From Paramecium tetraurelia (lineage: Eukaryota), in contig CT868026.1 of assembly GCA_000165425.1 (NCBI GenBank), positions 1-64,000 of the forward strand: DNA of 64,000 nt, read 5' to 3'. Shown in pieces: positions 25,210-37,765 of the stretch; positions within the stretch are counted from its first letter, which is position 1; each line of letters begins with the position of its first letter. The notes under the pieces are model-generated. The model saw only the letters and a program-made list of their open reading frames with translations, was not told where the DNA came from and did no database searches. A program made the position numbers and the translations under genes.

Positions 25210-26120
25210 TGACTGAATTCAAGTCGAAATTTGACAAAAAGAATATCCTTAAAACTTCTATTCTCTGGTTGAAGAAAGAAAAATTTATTGTATTATGACA
25301 AATATATCATTTATCCAAAGAAATTCGAAGGAATACATTTAATGCAAGGGAGAAATTTATAGAAAAATATCAATTTCATTTTAACATATTGATGAGTTTA
25401 AAAATTCAAGTTAAGCTAGCTTTGAAATTCTGAGCCCTGAATGATCAGATGATACTACAGAACCTATTATCCTTTAAATCTGACGAATCCTCATGGCCTA
25501 AGTTCCTTAATTCATTTAGTGCCACATCACTAAACCTTTCCAAAAGTATGGCTTTATAAATGTGAACTTTAAGTAAAGTCTAAGATTGAAACCTGATCTG
25601 AACTTATTCTTAGAGATTTGATTTTCTATTAGGCTTAAATAAGGATTTTTGATGATTAGTATTTTGATTGAGATATATTTTTACTAGTACTTTAGGAGTG
25701 TGGAATTTACCAATATTGCGTTTCTCAAAACTGAATACTACCTAATACTCTAATTTATTTTTATATCTAAATTATTGGCCAAATTATCAAATTCCAATTT
25801 TAGTTCCCTTGCTGTTGATACAAATTCAAATAATCTGTCGAAACTATGGTTTAACTATTTTTGAAGATTAAGCCTGTGTAAGATCCAAATCCTACCTGTA
25901 CTCTTTTTTTATATTTTATAGGGATATTAGAATAACCAATTAGAAAATATATTAATACGAGAATATTTACGAACTTATTTTATTCTTATAATATATATTT
26001 ATTAAAAAATTTCTTATTAAGTAACTTAAAACTGGCCTCGATTGCTATTATTCTTTGAGGGGCCTTCCCATCCTCGTGAACTAAATCAATATACGTAATA
26101 TATAGAACTCTGATGCCATA
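25210..26120 (-). pseudogene. Possible degenerate or hypothetical coding sequence
   Basis: ATG at ~26120 followed by an intron-like gttctat...tttag, then coding-like stretches (HEDGKAPQRIIAIEASF.., FDRLFEFVSTAREL..). No recognisable domain and the frame is unclear. Confidence 0.25.
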
Positions 26121-26422
26121 TTCAGTTTTTGGATTTTTTTCAGATAACTTTAGAAATTCTAAATAAACTTTAAATAAGAACGATATTTTTAATATATTGG
26201 GATTTTACAATAAATAATCATATTAATCATCTTATTATTAAAAATCGAGACTTCATTTATTTAGGAATAAAATAAAATTATGTTTAAACTCAATATTATA
26301 TTTTTAATTCTAAAAATATTTCTAATAGCTACAAACTATTTTTCTTTAAATCATACGTAATACGATTTAAAACCTAATAGCCATTAGCTAAAAATTGAAA
26401 TAAATTTAAATCCAAAATTTTA

Positions 26423-26769
26423 ATGAAAAAAGATTCTTCCACCAAAAGGCCATATGAGAAAGTCTCAAAAATAAAAAGACAGAACCTTGTCAAGCTAGTG
26501 TTCCATCAAGGAATCAAAATAAAACATGTATTATTTAATTCTAAAAATAGGCTGCCAAACAGCTCAAAATAAACTATGCCGCTGCCAAGACTGTTATCAG
26601 TCAGCACAGATGCAATGTTATACTACATAATATACAATACAAGTCCAACCAAAGGTGTGGATTTTAGAAAATCAATAATACTAACAGATCATTCGGCTTA
26701 ATATCAAAACTAGCTGGAGAAATCGTAAAAGCTACTAGCCATACCATACCGGAGTAAAAGAATGTTTGA
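26423..26769 (+). CDS. Small helix-turn-helix protein (psq/transposase-type HTH), paralogue 1
   Basis: MKKDSSTKRPYEKVSKIKRQNLVKLVFHQGIKIKH|phase-0 intron|AAKQLKINYAAAKTVI..QRCGF..LISKLAGE..KNV-TGA. Confidence 0.8.
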
Positions 26770-27665
26770 GATTAACAAATTTTATTTCAAAAACTTCTTT
26801 TTCAACTATGAATTACAATCTCTTGTAAACAATATTTTTCACATTAATTTATAAATAATAAGAATAATATTCTCGAACTAATAAGTATCTTTTTAATTGC
26901 TATGTGAATAGCAATGCAAAATGAAGACTTATCAGAAATTATAGAATTTCTTATCCTTCTCATTCTACGGATAATCATATTTAAAATTATTACTTTCAAA
27001 TTAACATTAATATAACTTAATATGGAGTGTTTTAACTTCTTCCTTTAGAGTAAAATAAAATTCATCTTAAAATAATAATAATAATAAAATACAAGAATTG
27101 AAAAGAGCATTCTATTTTAAAGTAATAAATTATATAAATTATTGCAAAACCCTAAAATTTTTTGTAGTGAAGAAATACTAAAATTATTAATAATTGTACT
27201 AAATTGATGGGTAAATTGTCAATAAATGAACATTTACGAATTTTTACTCAATCACATTTTGATAAAATAATTGATTTAGTCCGCTGTTGATTTATAAATA
27301 TATAAAATATTTAATTTTTTAATTATGATTGTAATAACAAATTATACAATTATACAAATATGGAAAATTTATTCATTTCTAAGAATTTAATAATCTATAA
27401 ATGAACAAAAAATTATTAAATGACTCTTCCTCAATTTTTTTCAATTAACAATCTAAATCCCATGTATAATTCAAGCACAATTAAAACCCCACTTATTTTA
27501 ATCTCTATCTGAAAAAGTTAATGAATTAAGAGGATTACCTCAAATATTTTATGTGAATAGTGATGATTCAACATGAATAATTCATAAATAGAATTCTTTT
27601 AATTACAGAATAAGTAAAAAAGTTGATAGAAATTGATTAAACAAAAAAAAAATAAATTAAATTAC

Positions 27666-28686
27666 ATGGGTCCCTATCTTACAACACCAAATACTTAGAA
27701 AGAAACGTATTAAGGAGAAAATGAGAAATTCATCTTCGCTGCTACCCATATGCAAGGTAAGATTATATAATATTTTGATAAGGTTGGAGAAACAACATGG
27801 AGGATGCTCATATTTCATAATTGGATATTGAGCCAGGAGTGTCTTTATTTGCTGTGTTTGATGGTCATGGAGGGAAAGAAGTAGCTATCTATGCTGAAAA
27901 ACATTTTCAAGAAGAATTATTGAAAAATCCAAATTACAAGTAGAAAAACTACAAGCAAGCTTTAATTGAGACCTTCTTGAAAATTGATGAATTATTATTT
28001 CAACCACAAGGACAAGAAGAATTGATAAAGATTAAAGGAAGTGGTGATGGTAACATTTTAAATTCATATGTTATAGAATTATAAGCTGGAGCAACTGCCA
28101 ATGTTGCTTTGATTGTAAATAAGACTATTTATCTGGCTAATGCTGGAGATTCAAGAGCCATGCTATGTAGAGACAATAATCCTTTGGATTTGAGCAAAGA
28201 TCATAAGCCAGATGATGAAAAAGAAAAGTAAAGGATTGAAACAGCTGGAGGTTTTGTGTAAAATGGAAGAACAAATGGTATATTTTAGTTTAAGAAAAGG
28301 AAGTTTATCTTTGAGTAGAGCAATTGGAGATTTAGAATACAAAAAGGACTAGAAATTTAGATAGGATGAATAAGTAATTATAGCAGTACCAGAAGTTAGA
28401 GTGGAAGAAATTCAAGCAAATGACAAGTAATCTGTATATTTAAGATCGAGATTCTTATTAATGGGATGTGATGGAGTCTTTGAAATTTGGAGTCATAAAT
28501 AAATAATCGATTATGTTAATTCTCAAATGAGGTAAGTAGTGACGAAAGAAGATATTAGGATTGCAGCAGAAGGATTACTTGACTCTGTAATCGCAAAGGA
28601 TACATCAAGTATTAATAATAATTATTATCAAAGATGGTACTGGATGCGATAATATGACATGCATCATAGTATATTTTAAGTAATGA
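27666..28686 (+). CDS. Protein phosphatase 2C (PPM family)
   Basis: MGPYLTTP..MQG|WRNNMEDAH, FAVFDGHGG, AGATA, ANAGDSR, LSKDHKP, LSRAIGD, LMGCDGVFE, GTGCDNMTCIIV; several tiny introns. Confidence 0.96.
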
Positions 28687-28740
28687 GGATTTATAAGATG
28701 TTATTAAATATCCTTTTATTTTATTCTATATTGTTGATAC

Positions 28741-29730
28741 TCAAGCTTATTAAGCTGGTCTTGGACCTCCTCTTGTTTTTTATCCTGCAGGTTTTTCATT
28801 GGCCCCGTTCGATTGATTGTTGTTTCCACTTGTGTTGTTATTTCTTCTATCATCTCTTTTAGCATCTCTTTCTTCTCTATTATCTCTTTAATTTCTGTTG
28901 TCTCTATTATCTCTGTTATCTCTATTATCTCTGTTATCTCTGTTGTCTCTGTAATCTCTTCTGTCTCTATTATCTCTATTATCTCTGTTATCTCTTCTGT
29001 CTCTATTATCTCTATTATCTCTATTATCTCTGTTATCTCTATTATCTCTTCTGTCTCTATTATCTCTTCTATCTCTATTGTCTCTATTGTCTCTGTTATC
29101 TCTATTATCTCTATGATCTCTATTATCTCTATTATCTCTATTGTCTCTATTATCTCTATGATCTCTATTATCTCTATTATCCCTATTATCTCTTCTTTCT
29201 CCTTTATTTCTTTAGCTGTCATTTCTTGGTTTTCTGCTTCCACTTCTTTATCTGTCATTTCTTTCTCTGGTTGGTTGGACTTGATCAGCAGGTAAGGGTT
29301 CCTAATATAAGAATTATTTATATACAAGGAATCCAGGCTCTTTTCTGTCTTATTCAGTTGGTGTCTTGGTTAGTTTGATTTGGAGGGAAGCCAAATTTTT
29401 AGTGACACTGACTTTGACTAATCCTTCCTCTAATGGTTCGTATTCTTCATTAATCTGAACAGCCTAGATTTTGTTTATTTAATATAATCCAGCAATTCTT
29501 TTTCTAACAACATCAGCAATGATGACGGCTTTGGAGATGGCATTTTCAATAGCTGTGATGAAGATAGTATCTTCAACGGGAGGTTGATCTTCTCTACGAG
29601 GACCTTACAAAAGCCACAAAGCTTTTCTGACTTGGCTTGACAATTAAGCTTTTGTAGCTACTCTAATGACATTAGGATTAGGCTTTTAATCCTCAACAAC
29701 AATCCTGTGATACTTTCTTTTTGTGGCCAT
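28741..29730 (-). CDS. Alba-domain (Rpp25/Mdp2-like) nucleic-acid-binding protein with an Arg-Asp-Asn repeat tail
   Basis: MATKRKYHR..NVIRVATK..IFITAIENAISKAVIIADVVRKRIAGLYQIN..EEYEPLEEGLVKVSVTKNLASLQIKLTK..KEPGF|QEP, then (RDN)n, ending ..TRGGPRPAQQA-TGA. Confidence 0.9.
28866..29192 (-). repeat. Coding 9-nt tandem repeat (AGAGATAAT; variants AGAGACAAT, AGAGATCAT, AGAGATTAC) encoding RDN/RDH/RDY
   Basis: Array of tctctatta units seen directly on the + strand. Confidence 0.95.
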
Positions 29731-29791
29731 ATTAAATATTAATACAAATCTTTTTTTTGAGTAGCAAAAAAACTGTGTAATATATATATTA

Positions 29792-31882
29792 TCATTTTTC
29801 TATCTTCATTCCTTTATACCACATACAATTAATGACTCTGCCATCCTTGTAAATGTATTTTCCTTTACCATGACGCTCCCCATTCAACCATTCTCCAAAA
29901 AATAATTTACCATTGTGGTATTCCACCCTTCCTTCTCCAACTTGTTTGTCTAACTCAAAACTAAACTTACATGATTTTCACTTTACTTTCCAATAAATAT
30001 GTTCCCATCTGGACTTATCAGAGTTCCTCTTCCATGCTTCATCCCCTTCTTAAATGACCCTTCATATCGAGATCCATCAATATTGACTTACAAACCCTCT
30101 CCATCTATTTAGTTGTTCACAAAAGTGCCTTAATAATAAGATCCATCCGGTTGTATCAACTTTCCAAAGCCTTGCTTTTTCCCCTCCACAAATTGTCCTT
30201 CATAATAGAGCCCATCCGGCCATTTTTATTTGCCATATCCATTTTATTTATCATTCTTCCAATTTCCTTCATAAATAACTCCGTCGCTGTTAGTAAATAC
30301 ACCATGTCCATTAGCCTTATCATGTTTCCATTCCCCTTCATACACATCACCTTCGCAACTAATATATCTTCCAAATCCATTACATTCATCATCCTTCCAC
30401 TCTCCATCATAAATTGATCCTAAATAATTTTATCATTCATTAATTTACCATCTTTCCATATCAATTTCCCCTATCCTTCCCTCTTCTACTGAAACAGCTC
30501 TCCTATGTATATACTCTCTAATAATTCACTTAATATTTACTGTCTGACAATGTTAACTAATACACCTTCTTGCCGTGAGATCTATCGCTACCATTCATAG
30601 ATGTATCAGTGATATGGCTATTGTAAATTGACCCATTCCTGTGTTCGATTTCAGTATTCTTATGCAAAAAATTGTCAATTATTGCCTTGTCTTCCTATAA
30701 GTCTAACCATTTCACCCTTTTCCCTTCAGCCCACTCTCCATACCTATATTCACCAGAAGGAGCCTAGTACAATCCAATTCCATGTTGTTTTCCAAGTTTC
30801 CACTCCCCAATATATTTCCTACCATCATTCCAAATAAATGTTCCTAATCCTTATTTTTTATCATCCATATAACTAATGTAACTCTAATTTAATACCCTCC
30901 TTCATATGATCTGCCATCCGCCCAAATAGTCTTGCCCATTCCCCACATCTTATTATAGACCCATTCTCCTACATAGCTTCTCCCATCAGTCCAATGATGT
31001 GAGCCATATCCATGTATGTCATCCATTTCAAATTCCCCTTCATAATAGGATCCATCTTGGAAAACTAACTTGCCTTTCCCATTCTTCTTCCCTTCATAGT
31101 ATTCACCCTCATAGGAAGCACTGTCGATCCAAGATTCCTTCCCGTAAATATGTTTTACACTATTTTTCCAATATCCAACATAGGTGGCACCTTATTAATA
31201 AAAGTATTCTCCAAATCCGAAAATATCCCCTTCATGCCAATAACCACAGTAAATATCTCCGTTCTAATAAGTTTTCTTACCAAACCCATGTTGTTTATTA
31301 TTCTTCCACTGGCCTTCAAAAACAGATCCTAATTTTGCTTTAATTTTGTTACATACCATCTTAAAATTTTCCAATACCCAAGCCATGCTTCATGTCATCA
31401 AGCATTTGGCCATCATATTCGATTTCTTCTGAAATGATGCGTTAAAAGCTAAATTTTGTTTGTATTTGTTATGTGATCTTTTCGGATGTGTATATTTTAT
31501 CCAATGATTGATTTAGTAAATGCTCTAAATCTTCTTGTGGGATGGTTTTTGAACTCTAAACAATTTGATTATTCTCAATAACGCAATCTATGTTCTCGCC
31601 ATCAATCTTGATTACTTTTCCAAGCATTTTATGATCTTCCCAATATCCTTCAAAAATAATACCTTTTTTAGATTGGCTAAATTACCATTTGGATATATTT
31701 GAATTCCTTTGCCATGTCTTTAATTGTTTTTCCATTCGCCCTGATATATGGAATCTAATGATTCAGGCATAAAATACACCATCTCCTAAGATGACTTTCT
31801 AGTAAAGAGAATATTCGGATTCCTGTTTGAAGGATGCGGCTGATTGTTAGGAGGTACAATTTTGAAATTCTTGTCTAGACAT
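29792..31882 (-). CDS. MORN-repeat protein
   Basis: Many YxGxWxxxxxxGxG units (YQGEWKNNQRHGKGIQIYPN, YEGEYYEGKKNGKGKLVFQDGSYYEGEF, YVGEWVYNKMWGMGKTIWADGRSYEG); several tiny introns. Confidence 0.9.
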
Positions 31883-31918
31883 TAATGATAAATTAAATTA
31901 TAACTATCAATTATAAAT

Positions 31919-33377
31919 TCATTATAATGTGGATGCTAATTGAATTATATGGTCATTTTATCTGAGTTTTTCCAAATGTTTGAAACCCCCTAATTTTTCA
32001 AATATTTATTTTGAGTTCTCATCAATAAATAAGTGAAGTACTGCTTTTAAAGCCAAATAGATTGCGTTTGGATCATAGATCTCTCTAAAGAAGTCGACTA
32101 ATAGATTGATGACTCCATTGTTGATTAGGTCCCCATAAAATGTAGGATCACAATTGACAATGTAAGTGGACACAAAGTAGCCTAATTCCAATTTCATTTT
32201 AAGATCTGCCTTCTCATACTATTCATAAATGCCTTGAAAGAGCACTCTCAATTCATTATGAAATCCTCGATGCGTGGCTAGATTAGAGAACGTAGAATAG
32301 ACCTTGACCTAATGATTAGAGTTCTTGATTCGGAACAATTCATCCACAATTGGATACCCAAGTAGTAGCTATAAAAATAAATCAAGCTACATACATCAAG
32401 GACTTCATCTGATTGGTGACCTGAGAGATAGTTGATAAAGTTAATTGAATGATTGGGGTTAGAAAACAATTTCATGCAAAAAGCTCTGTAAATAGTTAAG
32501 AATTGTGCACAATTGTAATCTTTAATCATCTCGCAGAGCCCATTTACACTCTCAAATCTGATACAATTGAATATAAAGTCTAGGATTTTTTGAAAATTCT
32601 CGTTTCTAGAGTTGGAACAAAAGTTCTTTATTATGGAGGCTGCTAAATTCATAATCATTTCTGAATTCTGTCTTTTCAAACGATATAGGAATGCATCATA
32701 GAAATTTGAATCGAGGAGAATTCGATCGCAGGCCTGTTCTTCTACGGTCATATTGTAAATCAATTCAAAAACTCTATGCAAGATGACTTCATATTTTGAT
32801 TTAATGAGAAGGTTGATTTGGTTAAGGAAATGACCATTGCCGTAATCCAATAAATAATTGACGCAATCATCTGCCAGTGTTAGGTTGATCAAAATCCATA
32901 AACTGTTGTTTGTTAACTCCACTGTGTTGACATCATCTGCGTAGGTTGGAGAGCAGTACTTAATCAATTCAGGCATTAAATTGTCTTGCTTTAGAGATGA
33001 TAGTTTACTTTTGATGGAGTTGTAGAAGTCGTTGATGTACTCTTGAACCTTCATTGAAGCCACCTTCATGCTTAAAATTTTAATTTATGAGAGAACCTAA
33101 ATGTAATTTATGTTGATGTACTAGGGTATTTCGCTCTGGAAATAGTTTGTACTCCTCATATAATTCTTCCAGCTTTTGAGCGATTTCAGAGATTGTTAAT
33201 CCAGATTCAAATAATTAATTTAACTCTTTGATTCAAAATATACTCATTACTCTCATTGAATGGATTGCTTTCGTAATTGTGATTGCTATTTGTTATAATC
33301 CTTTTCTTTTTGAAGATCTCTTCCCTCGCAGATTTTTAAATGGAATTTCTAAAATACTCCCTCTTTAATTTAAGCAT
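31919..33377 (-). CDS. Divergent importin-alpha-like ARM-repeat protein
   Basis: N-terminal IBB-like segment KLKREYFRNSIQKSAREEIFKRKR, then ARM-like repeats (NSLWILINLT, RVFELIYNMT, LAASIIKNFC, LRSLISH); intron ~32369-32394; TGA at 31919. Confidence 0.6.
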
Positions 33378-33388
33378 TAATTATTATA

Positions 33389-34307
33389 ATGAATATTTCA
33401 TTCAATGATTTGAAATTTGTACAACAAATAGGCCAGACCCTTAATCTTGAAGAGAGGTACTCAATTTTATTCATACAACCAGAATGAGGATACAATTGGC
33501 AATCCTTAAGATCCAGGAACATTATGTTTTTGATGAAGTTCTATTTTGGGGCAGAGTTGAGGGAGTCGAAAAGGACTATTACATAGCTCTTGGAATTCAA
33601 TATAAGGGCCAGTACGACTTCCCATTGAAAAAATTCTTTTGGAGGTACAAAAACATCCATTTTTTAATAAAGTTCCAATAATTATCATTTTGCCGAATTA
33701 CCAAAATATAATGAAGAATTTGCACAAAGAGCTGAAACCTTAAGAGAGCCCTTTACAGGATAGCATGAACACATAGTATTTAGAACAGATGAAGAAATTA
33801 ATTTTGAGGACTCACTAGAAATTCCTGCGTAACTGCCAGCTAAAAATTTCTCAGAATTGGAGAGACTATCCTATGTAGTTTAATCAATTGAATTTCAATG
33901 TGCCTCAATTCCAGTGGGCTCATACAGATTGACTCCAACCCATGAATTAATCAAGACAACATTCAAGGGAGTCACTGCAGAATTGAAAAATTACTAGCAT
34001 TTCAGATAACCCATCAGAAAGGATAAGCAAGATCTCATAGGTTTGCCATATTGATATCCTTTATAGCTCGTGATGAAGCACTATATAGACCTGACTTCTT
34101 AGATTCTTTAGTTGACGATACACCTTATAATTAATGGTCTGTTCAGACTGACTCCACTAAAAGAAATGTAAATCACAATTTAATTTGTAGATCACAATTA
34201 GAAACTTAATTTGGCCAGGATATTTAAGTTACAATAATGACTATACATTTGGATATGCTTATTTTGGGGATGGGATTAAAAATTCGGATTTTGAATTTTT
34301 ATTATGA
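33389..34307 (+). CDS. RSPH9: Radial spoke head protein 9
   Basis: GQTLNLEER..FDEVLFWGRVEGVEKDYYIALG..FSELERLSYVV..IPVGS..IRNLIWPGY..GYAYFGDGIKNSDFEFLL-TGA matches RSPH9 family motifs; 4 tiny introns. Confidence 0.92.
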
Positions 34308-34363
34308 TTTCCAACATATAATATATTTTGTTATGTGTTTTATTATTATTATTATTATATAGG

Positions 34364-34691
34364 TCAATGTCCTAAACATTGATTGATTGCTTCTGAAGCA
34401 TGTAAATTTACCTATTAAGCAACATAATCATAATAGGCTCTTGATCTGTGTGTGTAAAATCCATAGACTTATGAACCAAATATCATTGATCCAACGAATC
34501 TAACATATTTACTAAAATTACCTTGGTCCTGTTCTTAAGTATGTAAATCTTCTTAACACAAAGTATGATAAAACTGCTGTTCCCAATCCAAATTTAAATC
34601 CAGTGCTCTCCTCCTATTATAAATCCAAGAAGGCAGTCTTGATATTTTGAACATCGTGAATGTCATATTAGAAATCTTTTTCTGCACTCAT
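34364..34691 (-). CDS. Small (~101 aa) two-helix membrane protein of unknown function
   Basis: MSAEKDFQYDIHDVQNIKTAFLDLQQEESTGFKFGLGTAVLSYFVLRRFTYLRTGPR|22-nt intron|FVGSMIFGSQVYGFYTHRSRAYYDYVAQQVNLHASEAINQCLGH-TGA. Confidence 0.75.
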
Positions 34692-35251
34692 TATTAATAA
34701 ATATATATATTAATGTAAATACTCTAAAATTAATAATCACTATAAAATATAAATGTGTCCTCAAACCCAAGAGATAATAACTAAAACTAAGTGGCGAAGT
34801 ACATATTATCTGTTTATGCTTAAATTGTAGGATTCCCATAGGTATAAAGGTTAAAATTAATCAATCCAAAAGTAAAGATACTCCCTTCTCAATATTTCAG
34901 TCAAGATAAAAGCCATAATCTACTTAAAGTAGAATTCTAAATTAGTAAGTCTCACAATATCAATCCTCTTTTTTATGATAATATAAAAATAATCTAAAAT
35001 TAGATTTGATTCTTTTATTATTCCTATTAGTATAAACCTTTTGTGTTTAATTCCTTTTAAATTCACTTAATTTCAATATCCTTATAGATTTCAATTTCTA
35101 ATTTCATATTTGAGGGTTTAAGAGTAATGATTTCTTTTTCTGTGATGCTATGTTCTAAATGAGTTGTCGTTCAAATTTCTTAATGCCACCAAGATATGCA
35201 TTTATTATAATTTATTAATATTTAGAATAATTTATAAATAGAAACATTATA

Positions 35252-37740
35252 TCACATTTAAGCTTCATAATGTTGTTACATAAAATAATTGAAATACTGA
35301 GTTTTCATCAGGTTTTAGATGAACTTTCTATCTTATTCATCATTGTTGTAACTTAACAAAAATTCAATATACTCAAATTCCAAACCATTTTCAGCCTATT
35401 TTTATGTTTTAAACAATTACTATTACACCATCTACATTATAAGCTGGTAATCTGGAAATGATATAATCATTAATAATCTTTTTGAAACCCTAGAGAACCT
35501 CTTAACTTGTTCTTTGATCAATTTCATCAAAGTAAAACTTAATGACCTTCTTATCGTCAAATTTATTGAACTGTCTTTTACTTGGGCTAATTAATATATA
35601 TAGCAAAAACATTACCTTTGATTACGCATCTGATTATAATTTTCAAGGGTTCCCTATATTTATTGCAAGAGCCCGCGAAAAGAAGGTATAGCTGTTCCTT
35701 CCAAAATGTTGCTAGCCTTACGTAGAAACTTATTTTCTTGATCTCCATCCAAAAATACGAACAAGTGATTAATGCAGTAATTAGTAAGTTCCAATGATTA
35801 GAAATCAATTTCTGGGAGATTGACCCCAATAATTATTGGAACTGGTGATTGAATCATTTCTAATAGTTGTTCAGGTACATTATAAATGATTGCTTGTGTC
35901 CATTCTAATGGGCGAATTAGGTGATGGAAAAAATGGCTATTTAGTGTCAAATATGATACACGATAGATGTTAAGATGCTACTATTTTAACACACAAATAT
36001 AATTGAGACTTCAGACATCATCGCTAAGAATATGGTTAAGATTTCATTGTAATTTAAAACTTACAGGGTTACATTTGCACTCCACAATCGCAAATCAATA
36101 TCCAAATTTAATTGATTTGGAATTTTATACTTGAGCAAACTAGCCAAGGTTGGGATTTCTAACATTTGATGTCCCTACATAGGTGTGATGGCTTAGATTT
36201 TATCCAAGAATTTAGTCAATTCATCTCGAAATTCCTAAATGATATTGAGTTATAACATACAAGTATGATTTATTAGCCATCAATTTCTTTCGGAATTTCA
36301 TTTTCTTCTTAAATATTCATCATCCATCTATTTGATCTATTGAATTTAATTAATTCTAAATAATCTAAATGCTTAATTACAAATAATTGAAATGAGTAGA
36401 TCTTGGAATAATTCATAAAATGGGAAGTAAGTCAAAAAGCAATACGTTTTCTTGTATTTCCAGAAAATTCTTTTCTCTCTGTTTTCAAAATTCGATACAA
36501 TGTGATCAGGAGTGGTTTCAACGTAATCATCGACAGTTAGGTAAATTCCATAGAGCAGCTTTTCAGGGTTAGCCTGATACATTAAATTCTGATTAGTATA
36601 CTCAACGAAATCTTAGGTGGTATCATGATTTTTAATGGCAAACACTGAAAATTTGTCCAATAATTCGTACTTATTACAGGAGTAAATGATTCTGAAATAA
36701 TGAATTTAAATACTGTTTTAATCTTTCAACTGAATCATTGGTCTCTATTCTTTTAATTTGATTTCCAAAAGGATAAACAAAACCTTTGATAATCTCTTCT
36801 TATATAGAGCTAATGGAAAGTGGATGATAGGTACATATTTAACTAATCGCTTTTATACAAGATACTTGTAGGTAGAATCCCCTCTTTAATATTAGGGTCT
36901 TATTCAAATTCTCCGAATTCCTTCTTTTCGCAACCCAAGATATAAAATTGTTCATACAATTTCAAAGCAGGTTATTACACATCTTAAATATCTTCAATAG
37001 ATTCAATGCAGGATTAATTTCCAACTGAGTTTATTTTTAGATCTTATCCTTCTACATGGTCGGTGTCGGTGATGGATGATTTATTACTCAAAAAATTGAG
37101 TTGCATAGATTTTCTTAACGAATTGTCCCCTTCTCCAATTTTTTGGCCCTAATAATATGGTTTGTTGTAATACAATTCTATTTGTTTTTTATGGAATTCC
37201 ATCTGTGATTGCATCTTTTATCTAGATATTCGTTAAGCCCTAGAGATAAGTGGATGATTTTTTGACATTGCTATTGGGTGCACCGTGTAGTTGTTGATGA
37301 TCAGGACTGACTTCAATTCTAAGATCGGGTTTTTTGGGTTATGTGTTATCTAACTTAGTCGGGGAGTCCTGACTGGTAATGGGATCATAGTCGGTGTTAA
37401 GAATTGAGCCAATATTGAGTTGGGAATCCTCTTTAGTGTTTAATTGTTCTAATTCTTTTTTATAGAATTCAGTTTATGTGTGAGTAGATTGGGTCTACAC
37501 TACAGGTTAAGAAAGTAGACGGTTTATCAGATCTTTCAACTAAGTGTTGTCTTTCTCAAGGAGGAGATTTCTCTCCTACTCGAATTCTAATTTCTACATA
37601 TTGGCAATTAGAATTACTCTTTTTAAGTCTGCGATGATTTTATCGACATCATCATTGTGCTATACTTTGGATTTGCTCAGTCCAGGGGGAGTTTGATGTG
37701 GTTTATCTTTGTCCTGTGTGGAGGGTTGAGAATGTTGCAT
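35252..37740 (-). CDS. DENN-domain protein (Rab GEF family)
   Basis: LYEQFYILGC, IKGFVYPFG, KLLYGIYL, KKTYCFLTYFPFYELF, FFHHLIRPLEWTQAIIYNVPEQLLEMIQSPVPIIIG, FIQNLMKTQYFNYF; TGA at 35252. Confidence 0.88.
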
Positions 37741-37765
37741 AAAATAATTAAATAATCAAAATTAT

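Noticed and set aside
26035..26115. GC-rich hairpin-like segment as an H/ACA RNA
   Set aside because: Pairing is imperfect, and it is better explained as the first exons of a degenerate minus-strand gene.
28866..29192. Possible CRISPR array or telomeric repeat
   Set aside because: There are no unique spacers and no G4T2/G3T3 telomeric units; it is a coding minisatellite.
28716..29327. 203-aa EII-repeat ORF (-) and 160-aa ISI-repeat ORF (+)
   Set aside because: These are alternative frames of the 9-nt coding repeat; the frame continuous with the Alba domain encodes RDN.
34753..35190. Short gene between the two-TM gene and the DENN gene
   Set aside because: An ATG and one intron-like segment exist, but I found no consistent frame or domain on either strand.
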